This document shows positions 37,132 to 46,202 of a DNA stretch of 64,000 bases, piece after piece. The position numbers and the translations under genes are program-made. Position 1 is the first letter of the stretch; the number at the start of each line of letters is the position of its first letter. The notes under the pieces were generated by a model. That model saw only the letters and a program-made list of their open reading frames with translations, did no database searches and was not told where the DNA came from. This DNA comes from an uncultured Gammaproteobacteria bacterium (lineage in GTDB: Bacteria > Pseudomonadota > Gammaproteobacteria > Steroidobacterales > Steroidobacteraceae), in the NCBI GenBank assembly GCA_963707765.1, contig CAVPQZ010000001.1, positions 1,346,689 to 1,410,688 on the forward strand, read 5' to 3'.

Positions 37132-40100
37132 CGCTTGGCATCGTCATTCGCCTCCCGCCATCGGATCAAATCCGTGCCGATGCGCTTCAACACGTCCGAC
37201 CAGTCCCCGATTTCGGCTTGCCGAAAGAGCCTGACCGACCGATACCAGGGACTGTCGTCCCTGTCGGTGAGCCAACGCCAATCGGCATGGTACGGCAGCA
37301 GGACCCAAGTGCGTTTGCCCAGCGCGCCGCCGAGATGCGCCACGCTCGTATCTACGCTGACGACCACGTCCATGCATGCGCACAGGGCCGCCGTGTCGCT
37401 GAAGTCGTTGAGGCGATCGGAAAAATCCGAGACGCTCGGCGTCGATTCGAGCACGCGCCGATCGATGTCCCGCAACTCCTTCTGCAGGCTGACGTACTCG
37501 AACCCGGGCGGAAGATGTTTGAGGAACTCCGCCAAAGGAATGCTGCGGTTCTGATCGTTCTTGTGCAAGGTGCTGCCGCTCCACGCCAGACCCACTCGCA
37601 CGCCGGACTTCTGCGCAAGCGTACAGCGCCAATGCGCTGTCTTCACCGGATCGGCACGAAGATAGCCTGCCGAGACGGGAATCGTCTCCAGCGTGGTGTT
37701 GAAGGCCAACGGCAAACTCAACAACGGACAGTGACAATCGAAATCCGGCAGCGCGATTCCCCGTGTGATGAGCGTCGATACGCCCTCCAGATTGGCGAGC
37801 AATGGCGCAAGCGGGGCCGGAACCTCGAGTGTCACTCGTGCGCCCAATGCGGCGACCTCCTTCACGTAGCGGCAGAACTGCAGCGTGTCCCCCAAACCCT
37901 GCTCGGCGTGCAGCAAGACGGTCCTGCCTGCGATCGATGCATCTCCCACCCACAGGGGCCGCCTGAGATCACGCTTGTGCCGGATGTCGGCTCCATCGGC
38001 ATCCTTCCAGCGCCATTCGTAGTCAATCCATCCCCGCGCCAGATCGCCGCTCAGCAGCAGCATCCATGACCGATTCTGATGAGCTTCGGCGTACCCGGCC
38101 TTAAGCTCGATGGCGCGGTCATAACTGGCCAGCGATTCCTCTACCCGCTTCAGGTGCGCCAGCACCAGGCCGCGGTTGTAATGGGCCTCGGCAAAGTCGG
38201 CCCTGAGCGCAATGGCCCGGTCGAAACTGGCCAGCGCCGGGCCGGCCTGCTCGAGTTTTGTCAGCACCAGGCCGCGGTTGAAATGCGCCTCGGCGAACTG
38301 CGGCTTGATGGCAATCGCTTGGTCGTAGGCGGTCAGAGCGGCGTTCCAGCGGCCCAAGTGAGCAAGCACGAGGCCTCGATTGCAGTGGCCTTCTGCAAAC
38401 CCGGGCTCGAGCGAAATCGCCCGCTCATAATCCGACAACGCATCGTCCCATCGCCCAAGTTCCTTGCGGGCGACGCCGCGATTGAAATGCGCCTGCGCGA
38501 AGTCTGGCCTGATCGCCATAGCCTGGTCGTAGCTCGCGATGGCCGCATCCCAGCGCTGGAGTCCGGCCAGCACCAGGCCGCGATTGCAAAAGCCTTCTGC
38601 GTAGTCCGGCTTCAGGGCAACGGCCTGGTCGTAGCTTGCCAATGACTCGTCCGGTCGATTCAGCTGTTGCAGCACGACGCCACGGTTGAAATGGATTGCG
38701 GCATTCTGGGGATCGATCTCATTGGCTCTCCCCAGCCATTGCAGTGCCTGCTCGGGGTCGCCTCGTTGGAGCGCAATTACACCCAGCATATTCAACGCGT
38801 CGAAATGCCTGGGTTGAACCTCCAGGATTGCCTCGTACCTCCTCTGCGCCTGCGTCAATTCGCCCCTCTGGTGTAGTGCAAGAGCTTGTCGTAAGGCGGC
38901 AGACGGCAACGGGCGCGCCGGACCGGCGGCGGGTGACATCGTAGGGCCGGCCGCGGGTGACGTCGAAGGGCCGGCCTTGTCCGCCTTGAGCAACTCCGCA
39001 CCAAGGCGCTGCAAGACGCCGTTCCAGTCACCCGAGCTCTCCTGTCGGTAGAGGGTTGCCGTGGAATACCAGGGACTGTCGCTCCTGTTCAACAGCCAGC
39101 GCCAGTCGGAGTAACGGGGCAGCAGAATCCAAGTATTCCGCCCCAGCGCGGCGCTCAAATGCGCCATGCTGGTGTCCACACTGATCACGACGTCCATGCA
39201 TTCGCACAGCGCGGCCGTCTCCCAAAAGTCGTGCAGCTCTCGAGAAAAATCCGATATTTGGGGGTTGGACCGCAGGGTCTGCAGGTCCGGCTCACTCAGC
39301 TCCTTTTGGAGGCTGACGTAGTCGCATTGAGCCGGAAGGCCGGCGATCAACTGGGCCAGTGGAATACTGCGGCGATGATCGTTGCGGTGGGCTTTGTTGC
39401 CGCTCCACACCAGCCCCACCCGCAATCCGGCCTTGTTCCCCAGCCTCTTCCGCCATCGCTCCACGGCGTCGCCGGCCACGCTCAGGTACGGAGTCGGTTC
39501 GGGTATGGTATCGAGGCGGGTCCCGAACGCCAACGGCAAGCTCAACAGCGGGCACTGATAGTCGCAGTCCGGCGGCTCGCTGTCCTGGGCGACGATCTGC
39601 GACACCCCCTCCAGGGAGGACAGCAAGCGGATCAGTGGCCGCGGCACCGCCAAGATCACTCGCGCGCCGAGGGCGGCTACTCTTTTCGCGTACCGGCAGA
39701 ACTGGATCGTGTCGCCCAGCCCCTGCTCGCCATGGAGCAATATCGCCTTGCCGTGCAGGGATTCCCGGCCCAACCACAGCGGCCGGACATGATCCGGTCC
39801 GGCCCCTTTGTGGGCAGCCGGCCCGGCCTCCTTGGGAGCGCCCGGTCCGGCCCTCTTGTGGCGCCACTCATAGTCGACCCACCCGCCTTCCAGGTCTCCG
39901 AGCAGCAGTTTCAGGCATGCCTTGTTGAAGTGGGCGTCCGCAAAATCGGGTTTGATGGCCACGGCCCGTTCGTAGCTCTTCTGCGCCTCGTGCCACTGGT
40001 CGAGCGCGGTCAGCACATTGCCCCGATTGGAATGAGCCTCCGAGAGATCCGCCTTGAGGCCTATCGCCCGATCGTAGCTCGCGAGTGCCGCCTCCCACTG

Positions 40101-40721
40101 CTCCAGCGCCGTGAGCGCGTTGCCGCGGTTCGAATGCGCCTCGGCAAAATCCGCATTGATCGCCACGGCCCGATCGAAGCTGACCAGGGCCGCCTCCCAT
40201 TGCTTGAGTTCTCCTAGTGCCAGCCCTCGATTGCAGTGGGCATGGGCGTTATCGGCCTGGATCTCAATGGCCGCGTCGTAGCTCGCCAGCGCCGCGGCGG
40301 GATCCTTGAGCGCCAACATGGCGTTGCCGCGATTATAGTGCGCCTCGGCGTAGTCGGCCTTGCATGCAATCGCCCGGTCGAAGCTCGCGAGCGCCCTGCT
40401 CCATTGTTCGAGCTGCATCAGCACATTTCCGCGGTTCGAGTGGGCTTCCGCGAGGTCTGGCTTGATCGAAATGGCGCGATCGAAGCTGGCGAGCGACGCC
40501 TCCCAACGCTCGAGCGACGCCAACGCGAGGCCCCGGTTGCTGTAGGCCGCGGCATAGTCGGGCTTGGCGCTGATGGCTGCGTCGTAGCTCGCCAGCGCCC
40601 TCTCGAACTGATTGAGCGCCGACAAGAGGTTCCCGCGGTTGAAGTGAACCTTGGCGTCGACGGATTTTCCAGGCAATTCCAAGCCCCCTAGGTCTTCCCT
40701 GCCGGAACAGACGGTGGTCAA
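37128..40721 (-). CDS. internally duplicated TPR-repeat + GT9-like (heptosyltransferase-fold) glycosyltransferase, two modules
   Basis: Two consecutive units, each with ~8 TPRs (AEAHxNRGxxL..ALASxDRAIxxxPDxA) followed by a GT9-like domain (LHxEQGLGDTxQFCRY..SVDTSxAHLxxALGxxTWxLLP..DWRWLxxRxDSPWY). A PAAGP-rich linker joins them. Confidence 0.85.
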   Translation of the reverse strand: MTTVCSGREDLGGLELPGKSVDAKVHFNRGNLLSALNQFERALASYDAAISAKPDYAAAYSNRGLALASLERWEASLASFDRAISIKPDLAEAHSNRGNVLMQLEQWSRALASFDRAIACKADYAEAHYNRGNAMLALKDPAAALASYDAAIEIQADNAHAHCNRGLALGELKQWEAALVSFDRAVAINADFAEAHSNRGNALTALEQWEAALASYDRAIGLKADLSEAHSNRGNVLTALDQWHEAQKSYERAVAIKPDFADAHFNKACLKLLLGDLEGGWVDYEWRHKRAGPGAPKEAGPAAHKGAGPDHVRPLWLGRESLHGKAILLHGEQGLGDTIQFCRYAKRVAALGARVILAVPRPLIRLLSSLEGVSQIVAQDSEPPDCDYQCPLLSLPLAFGTRLDTIPEPTPYLSVAGDAVERWRKRLGNKAGLRVGLVWSGNKAHRNDHRRSIPLAQLIAGLPAQCDYVSLQKELSEPDLQTLRSNPQISDFSRELHDFWETAALCECMDVVISVDTSMAHLSAALGRNTWILLPRYSDWRWLLNRSDSPWYSTATLYRQESSGDWNGVLQRLGAELLKADKAGPSTSPAAGPTMSPAAGPARPLPSAALRQALALHQRGELTQAQRRYEAILEVQPRHFDALNMLGVIALQRGDPEQALQWLGRANEIDPQNAAIHFNRGVVLQQLNRPDESLASYDQAVALKPDYAEGFCNRGLVLAGLQRWDAAIASYDQAMAIRPDFAQAHFNRGVARKELGRWDDALSDYERAISLEPGFAEGHCNRGLVLAHLGRWNAALTAYDQAIAIKPQFAEAHFNRGLVLTKLEQAGPALASFDRAIALRADFAEAHYNRGLVLAHLKRVEESLASYDRAIELKAGYAEAHQNRSWMLLLSGDLARGWIDYEWRWKDADGADIRHKRDLRRPLWVGDASIAGRTVLLHAEQGLGDTLQFCRYVKEVAALGARVTLEVPAPLAPLLANLEGVSTLITRGIALPDFDCHCPLLSLPLAFNTTLETIPVSAGYLRADPVKTAHWRCTLAQKSGVRVGLAWSGSTLHKNDQNRSIPLAEFLKHLPPGFEYVSLQKELRDIDRRVLESTPSVSDFSDRLNDFSDTAALCACMDVVVSVDTSVAHLGGALGKRTWVLLPYHADWRWLTDRDDSPWYRSVRLFRQAEIGDWSDVLKRIGTDLIRWREANDDAKR
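38928..38975 (-). repeat. 24-bp tandem duplication in the inter-module linker
   Basis: GGGTGACATCGTAGGGCCGGCC and GGGTGACGTCGAAGGGCCGGCC, with period 24 nt, encode SPAAGPTM/SPAAGPAR on the minus strand. Confidence 0.8.
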
Positions 40722-40879
40722 TTCCGAGGATTATAGGACGCATGGCTGAGATGATCCTCAAAGACGGCTGTCTTGCCGCCCCATTTGAGTTCTTGCTTTC
40801 CCGGGAATGGTTGGATTTCAATCGGGCAACGAAAATGCTTGCAAGACCCAACGGTCGTGCACCATCGTCGCCCTGCTGA

Positions 40880-41152
40880 TCACATCGCGGGCGTAGGCGA
40901 TTTGATCATTCCGTCAAGACTGATGTTGCCATCCTTGAAGTCGCGGTCGTTGATGGCTTTGATGCAGGCGTCGATGATTTGCCGTCCTGTCAGACCCTTG
41001 TTCCGAGTCGTCTCGGCGTAGCGCGCCACGCAATCCTTCAATCGTTGTGCATTGCGCACCGGGTCTCCCACGTCATCCAATTCAGCGGCCACGACACGAG
41101 ACGTCGTCAAGGCAGCGACTGCGAGAATTATGATTCCACTCCGCGGATTCAT
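40880..41152 (-). CDS. hypothetical secreted protein (90 aa)
   Basis: GAGGAGG RBS and a signal peptide (MNPRSGIIILAVAALTTSRVVAA). No family recognised. Confidence 0.45.
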   Translation of the reverse strand: MNPRSGIIILAVAALTTSRVVAAELDDVGDPVRNAQRLKDCVARYAETTRNKGLTGRQIIDACIKAINDRDFKDGNISLDGMIKSPTPAM

Positions 41153-41636
41153 GAGGGTCCTCCTCGACTCGGTTACAGCTGAAGGCTCCCCCATCCAATT
41201 CGGCGGAAGGACGCGGCCTCCGGCGGGAGTTCACAGGCCGGAATCGATATCAGCGATTCCGTTGAGGTGAACTAGGCCCATTGGTTTCCTCAGCCCGTGA
41301 ACCCACTTAATTGGACACTTCGGCAGTCCCAATGTTCCACAACGAGCGGCGGGGCGCCCAAGCATTTCGATCGATGGCATCTAGGGCCCGCGTCAGCACC
41401 TGCTCCTCACTGTTGTCGCGGCGCGCCACCCGTCGCACGGAATCGCGAAAAATATCCATCAATGCATCGATATCATCCGGGACGACGTCGCGGAAGGTCT
41501 GTGGCGATCACCCGTGAATTAAGGACCTGTCCTGATCGAGCACGGACAATTGCGCACCGTGCGCGACGGCACGCGTGGATTCGGCGGCCGACGGCCTCTT
41601 GAAAGTGGACGTGCCGCCGCCATTTAGGGCCGATAC

Positions 41637-42107
41637 ATGAGCAGTTCGCCGACCGCCAATGGCATACACGCCACCTGCCCGGGATGTGGAAAAGTGGTGC
41701 GAATTCCGGCCATACGTCTATCGGACCGCCCCCGGTGCCCTTCCTGCAAGGCCGGCATCTTCGCAGGCGAACCTGTCGTGCTCGACGACGGGTCGTTCGG
41801 CAGTTTCCTCGCATGCAACGACCTTCCCGTGTTGGTCGATTTCTGGGCGCCCTGGTGCGCGCCCTGTCGAGCATTTGCACCCGTCATCGAGCGGGCGGCC
41901 ACGGTATTCTCACCCCAGATCATCGTCGCCAAGGTCAACAGCGACGAAGCCCCCGCCCTGTCACAGCGGCTGCAGATTCGCAGCATTCCGACCATTCTGC
42001 TCTTTAGGCAAAGTCGGGAGATCGGACGTCAAGCGGGTGCCATGCCCCTGGAAGTCTTGACACCATGGTTATCCAGTTTGGGGATCCTGGCCGCGCCGAA
42101 GCATTGA
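41637..42107 (+). CDS. trxC: thioredoxin 2 (TrxC-type, N-terminal zinc-finger extension)
   Basis: CPGCGKVVRIP..RPRCPSCKAGIF zinc finger plus the VLVDFWAPWCAPCRAF active site. Confidence 0.9.
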   Translation: MSSSPTANGIHATCPGCGKVVRIPAIRLSDRPRCPSCKAGIFAGEPVVLDDGSFGSFLACNDLPVLVDFWAPWCAPCRAFAPVIERAATVFSPQIIVAKVNSDEAPALSQRLQIRSIPTILLFRQSREIGRQAGAMPLEVLTPWLSSLGILAAPKH

Positions 42108-42117
42108 CTTGGCGACG

Positions 42118-42155
42118 TCCGGATCGCACACCGCCGCAGGCGGCGCCGATCCGGA
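42118..42155. terminator. nested GC-rich hairpin between convergent trxC and fpr
   Basis: TCCGGATCG-caca-CCGCC-gca-GGCGG-cgc-CGATCCGGA. There is no clear U-tract, so a bidirectional terminator role is inferred from position only. Confidence 0.45.
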
Positions 42156-42178
42156 CTCGATGAGTGCGATGCTCGGCG

Positions 42179-42955
42179 TCAACGCGCGACGAAGGAGCGC
42201 TCGATGACATAATCCCCGGGCTCTCCGATATGCGGGGACGCCGAGAACCCCCGGGCATCCAACAGGGCCGAGAGATCGGCGAGCATCGCGGGGCTGCCGC
42301 AGATCATGACGCGGTCGGTCTGCGGATCGAGCGGCGGCAAATGCGTCATTTCGTACAGCCGCCCCGTTTCGATGAGTTCCGTGACGCGTCCCTGATAACG
42401 GAAGCGCTCGCGCGTGACCGTCGGCACATAGATGAGCTGCTTGCGGACGCTTTCGCCGAGATACTCGTGGTTCGTCAGATCCCACTCGATGAAATCGCGG
42501 TAGGCGAGCTCGCTGCGATAGCGCACCCCGTGCACCAATACGACGTGCTCGAAGCGTTCGTAGGTCTCAGGATCCTTGATGAGGCTCATGAAGGGTGCGA
42601 GGCCGGTGCCGGATCCGAGCAGGTAGAGCCGCTTGCCGGGCTTCAAGTCGCGCAGCAGGAGCGAGCCGGTGGGCTTGCGGCTCACGAGAACCTCGTCTCC
42701 CGGCTGGATGTGCTGAAGCCGGGACGTCAACGGCCCGTCTTGGACCTTGATGCTCAGGAACTCCAGACACTCCTCATGATTCGCGCTCGCGATGCTGTAG
42801 GCGCGCATGAGAGGCTTGCCATCGATCAACAGCCCGAGCATCACGAAGTGGCCATTTTCGAAGCGCAAGCTCGGATCGCGCGTCGTGGCAAAACTGAACA
42901 CCGAATCGTTCCAGTGACGGACCGACAACACCCGCTCCTGACCCACTATCGCCAT
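42179..42955 (-). CDS. fpr: ferredoxin-NADP+ reductase
   Basis: WNDSVFSFATTRDPSLRFENGHFVMLGL..RAYSIAS, LYLLGSGTGLAPFMSLI and VMICGSPAM..GEPGDYVIERSF are bacterial Fpr hallmarks. Confidence 0.9.
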   Translation of the reverse strand: MAIVGQERVLSVRHWNDSVFSFATTRDPSLRFENGHFVMLGLLIDGKPLMRAYSIASANHEECLEFLSIKVQDGPLTSRLQHIQPGDEVLVSRKPTGSLLLRDLKPGKRLYLLGSGTGLAPFMSLIKDPETYERFEHVVLVHGVRYRSELAYRDFIEWDLTNHEYLGESVRKQLIYVPTVTRERFRYQGRVTELIETGRLYEMTHLPPLDPQTDRVMICGSPAMLADLSALLDARGFSASPHIGEPGDYVIERSFVAR

Positions 42956-43105
42956 CGATCAATGCTCTCGCCTACAGCGCCCCGTTGCGCGCGCGGATAC
43001 TCGCAGCACTCGCAGCGGGAATCAATAAGCAAATACGCATAAGCATATGCTGGTGCAGCGCAACATGGGCTGCGCTGGACTGCAACGAGAATCGGCCGCT
43101 TCCGG

Positions 43106-43783
43106 TCAGCGGCGCCGGATGGGCTCCGCTCCGGCCAGGATGCAGCTCATCGGTAGGTCGTGCGGCTGCGGAAAGATCGTCGGTATCGACGCCTCCGGGT
43201 ATCCGACGCCGATGACCAGCGGAGATCCGCCGAGGGCCGCGAGCGTACGATCGAAAAAGCCGCCCCCGTAGCCAAGCCGGTAGCAGTTTTGGTCGAAGCC
43301 CACGAGCGGCGCCAGGATCGCGGTGGGAATGACCTTGGGTCCGTCGGCCGGATAAGGGATGTTCCACAATCCGTGGGCCAGGCGTGCGCCGGGATGCCAT
43401 TCGCGAAATTCCAGCGGCTCACCCACCGCCAAAGCAACCGGCAACGCGATGCGCCCTCCGCGTTCACGCACCGCGCGCAGCCACGGCCGTAGATCCGGCT
43501 CCGCGCGGATGGGCCAATACGCGCTCACGATCGTGCCCTCCTCCCGCGGAATGATTTGCTCCAAGCGATGCACGATCTTCTCCGTGACGGCGGCGCGATA
43601 CTCCTGGGGCAGCGCACCACGGATCGCAAGAAGCCGATTGCGCTCCGCTTTGCGCCAACGAAGCACTGCCGCGTCCGGGCGCTCGGCGCACGGTCTGCCG
43701 TCCGGACTTGGATCGATGGGTGTCGTCACGGATTCTCCCGGTGGGCGCGATCGCGGCGGCATCCGCAGCGGCGTATGTCGCAT
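43106..43783 (-). CDS. 5-formyltetrahydrofolate cyclo-ligase
   Basis: IVSAYWPIRAEPDLRPW, ALPV, WNIPYP, ILAPLVGFDQNCYRLGYGGGFFDRTL. The start is uncertain: ATG 43783 gives a ~45-aa N-extension, and internal GTGs are possible. Confidence 0.8.
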   Translation of the reverse strand: MRHTPLRMPPRSRPPGESVTTPIDPSPDGRPCAERPDAAVLRWRKAERNRLLAIRGALPQEYRAAVTEKIVHRLEQIIPREEGTIVSAYWPIRAEPDLRPWLRAVRERGGRIALPVALAVGEPLEFREWHPGARLAHGLWNIPYPADGPKVIPTAILAPLVGFDQNCYRLGYGGGFFDRTLAALGGSPLVIGVGYPEASIPTIFPQPHDLPMSCILAGAEPIRRR

Positions 43784-43848
43784 TCCATATTCGACATCGA
43801 CGGCCGCTCCCGTCAAACTTCGCCGGGATCTCGCCCGCACTAAATCGG

Positions 43849-44739
43849 ATGATGGACAAGCGAAGCATCTTACACGTTGCCGATACCGCACTTTGGATGG
43901 CGAGCATCCGCGCGCGGGAATCATGCCGTCCGGACGCGGTTTTCCGCGACGCCTTGGCGGCTCATCTGAGCGGCGACGAAGGCGCACAGATCGAGCGGTC
44001 GATTCCGAATGCCACCCTTTCCGCGTGGGGCGTCGTCGTCCGGACATACGCCATCGACCGGCTGGTGGCGGCGGCGCTGCAGGAGCGCGTCGACACCGTG
44101 CTCAATCTGGGCGCGGGCTATGATACGAGACCCTATCGCTTGAGCCTGCCGCCGGATCTGCGTTGGATCGAGGTGGATTTCCCGGCTTTGATCGCGGACA
44201 AGAACTCGAAGCTTCGGGGCCGGCAGCCGGTTTGCACGGTGGAGCGCATCGGCCTGGATCTCGCCGACCGCTCAAAGCGCAGCGAGCTTTTTGCGGCGCT
44301 TGGAGTGGAGTCGGCACGCGTGCTGCTGATCACGGAAGGATTGATCCCGTATTTTTCCACCGGTCAGGTTGCCCTCCTCTCGCAGGATGCCCATGCGGTC
44401 CCCTCCCTTCGCTATTGGATCCAGGACTTCGACAATGCCGGCGAGCGGCGGACCATGCCCCGAAGTTGGGACGAGGCGTTCAAGGCGGCGCCGCTATTGT
44501 TCCAGGTCAAGGATTGGTTCAAATTCTTTCTCGCCACCGGCTGGTCGGCCAAGGAATTGATCACCAGCGGCGAGGCATCGGAATTGGTGAATAGGCCGTT
44601 TCCGCTGACTTTTCCGCTGGGCGTCCTGATGCGGATGCTTCCAATGTCCATGCGCCGCAGAATACTCGGCGCCACCGGCGCGGTCTTGATGGAAAAGCAG
44701 CAATACGCGCCGAGCGGGGCCTGCCGGCCTCCTCACTAA
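43849..44739 (+). CDS. class I SAM-dependent methyltransferase (leucine carboxyl/O-methyltransferase family)
   Basis: TALWMASIRARES..DAVFRDALA, VDTVLNLGAGYDTRPYRL, WIEVDFPALI, LLITEGLIPYF. Confidence 0.8.
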   Translation: MMDKRSILHVADTALWMASIRARESCRPDAVFRDALAAHLSGDEGAQIERSIPNATLSAWGVVVRTYAIDRLVAAALQERVDTVLNLGAGYDTRPYRLSLPPDLRWIEVDFPALIADKNSKLRGRQPVCTVERIGLDLADRSKRSELFAALGVESARVLLITEGLIPYFSTGQVALLSQDAHAVPSLRYWIQDFDNAGERRTMPRSWDEAFKAAPLLFQVKDWFKFFLATGWSAKELITSGEASELVNRPFPLTFPLGVLMRMLPMSMRRRILGATGAVLMEKQQYAPSGACRPPH

Positions 44740-45548
44740 TTCAAGTCACGGGATAGGATCAGCTTCAACACCAGGCGATCCGAGGCGCTCGTCAGCCCTA
44801 CGCCGACCCCGCCCTCGATCGACCAGGGCTTTCCGCTGAAGTCGAACACGCCGAATAGCTGATGCTGCTGGCGCGACGCCGGCAGGAATCCACGCAATGG
44901 CCCGAGGTCATCGTATTCCTCCACTGCGACAGCCCAGGTCTTGCTGAAGTTGTAGGCCGCGCGCGACTCCGGCGCGAAATCGAGCCGGGAAAAGCCTTTC
45001 CAGGAATTGTCCAGAATCGGGTTGACGATCAAATCGACGGCTCCTAAATGCCAGCCGATGATCGGGCGGATTTCTTGCGTATATCGACTGGGGTCCCAAT
45101 GAGCGGTGTTTCGGCTGAACTCGAAGTTCACGCCATAGAAAAAGGTCTGGTTCGCCGAGTCCGGCAGCACGAAGAGCGTTCGCACTTTCAAGCCGTCGTA
45201 GTTCAGGCGGCCGCTTCCGGTCAGGCTGTATAGGGGCAGATACAGGCCTGCCTCGAACCAAGGAGTCACACCGTAGGACCATTCCGGGACACCGTTCAGG
45301 GTGTGGTTGGGCACGATGCCCCCAGGAAACGTGGCCGTCGTGCGCCCATCCGGCGTGTAGTTGTCGTGCAGCGTCAGGTTGAACACTCCGGGGGCGGCGA
45401 TCTCCGCCGTGTAGATCTCGATTTCATCCGTCTGGGGCAGGGATCTCCAAGAGCAGAGGCAACCGATCACGACCACCAGCGCTGTCCAGCGGGAGGTGCG
45501 CCCCGACGAAGGGGCGCCTGCGGCATCACGGGCCAAGAACGCCGACAT
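44736..45548 (-). CDS. outer-membrane beta-barrel protein (MetA/phenol-degradation-type transporter family pattern)
   Basis: Hydrophobic signal-like segment (RWTALVVVIGCLCSW), alternating beta-strand pattern, aromatic-rich EWSYGVTPWFEAGLYLP.. and FFYGVNFEFS. It has no stop-delimited 5' end: the frame is open into the upstream ferredoxin-like gene. Confidence 0.6.
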   Translation of the reverse strand: MSAFLARDAAGAPSSGRTSRWTALVVVIGCLCSWRSLPQTDEIEIYTAEIAAPGVFNLTLHDNYTPDGRTTATFPGGIVPNHTLNGVPEWSYGVTPWFEAGLYLPLYSLTGSGRLNYDGLKVRTLFVLPDSANQTFFYGVNFEFSRNTAHWDPSRYTQEIRPIIGWHLGAVDLIVNPILDNSWKGFSRLDFAPESRAAYNFSKTWAVAVEEYDDLGPLRGFLPASRQQHQLFGVFDFSGKPWSIEGGVGVGLTSASDRLVLKLILSRDLN

Positions 45549-46202
45549 ATGAAAGACGGACTGGTCGGCGCCATAGCGGTAACCTTCGCCCACCGGACAG
45601 CTGCGCCGCGCGCGGCAGCTCTGAGCGAGGCAATCGCGGCCCGCGTCCGAGGCGACATGAGCGGCGCAGATCGATCGCTCGTACGCCCCGGCCCGGAAGG
45701 CCCCGACGGGACAAGCGTTCAAACAAGGCCGGCCGGCGCAGGTTGCGCAGGGGCTGGTTCGCCGATCGGCCTCGGGCACGCTTAAGCGGGCGCGAAATCC
45801 CAGCGCTCCGCGATACGCATGCCAGAGGCCGAATTCAGGATGAATCAACAGGCCGAGCGGCGATGGATGCACCGCTTCAGCCCGCATTCCCCATCGTTGA
45901 AAGGGATGCCAAGGCGGCCCCATCGAGGGGTACCATGCGACCGCACCGTGCCGGGCGGCCATCTCGCCGATGACCCGCTGCGACCAGCGATCCAGCGGAT
46001 CCGGCCGGCCATCCACGTATTCGGGCGAAGCGGCGAATATCGGCCACTGCACGCCGCCGACGAAACCGAACAGCACCACCGTTTGAACCGGGGTGCCGTC
46101 AGAAAAGCCGGGAACCTCGTCCTGCGTTTCCGCGTGGAACGCGCCGCGCAGCGCGAGCCCCAAGGCGCCCGCCTCCGTGGCTAGGCTTTCGAGGGTGGGC
46201 AC
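45549..46202 (-). CDS. 4Fe-4S ferredoxin-like protein (DUF1730/QueG-related type), lacking its own stop codon
   Basis: HPLDRW-type block (PDPLDRWSQRVI), SPLGLLIHPEFGLWHAYRGAL, a Cys cluster (PCATCAGRPCLNACPVGAF..CLAQSCRARRSCPVG), and ..QSVFHM. The putative GTG start at 46202 overlaps the ALDH stop. Confidence 0.55.

Noticed and set aside
41300-41520. A protein-like minus-strand reading (..DVVPDDIDALMDIFRDSVRRVARRDNSEEQVLTRALDAIDRNAW..) in the 440-bp gap before trxC.
   Set aside because: It is bounded by an upstream in-frame TGA with no plausible start or RBS. At best it is a gene remnant, and no family was recognised.
42956-43105. Short palindromes (GCATATGC; CAGCGCA-n8-TGCGCTG) in the fpr / cyclo-ligase intergenic region, considered as possible SoxR/FinR-type operators.
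   Set aside because: The arms are short (7-8 bp), with no match to a regulator consensus that I can state. They are more simply explained as a terminator-like hairpin after the cyclo-ligase gene.
43784-44047. The long N-terminal extension of the 5-formyl-THF cyclo-ligase ORF (313 aa as tracked), and the expectation of a 6S RNA (ssrS) gene upstream of it, as in many proteobacteria.
   Set aside because: The extension is Arg-rich and overlaps the divergent methyltransferase gene. At most ~65-120 nt are left between the two genes, which is too short for a ~180-nt 6S RNA. I saw no 6S-like extended hairpin.
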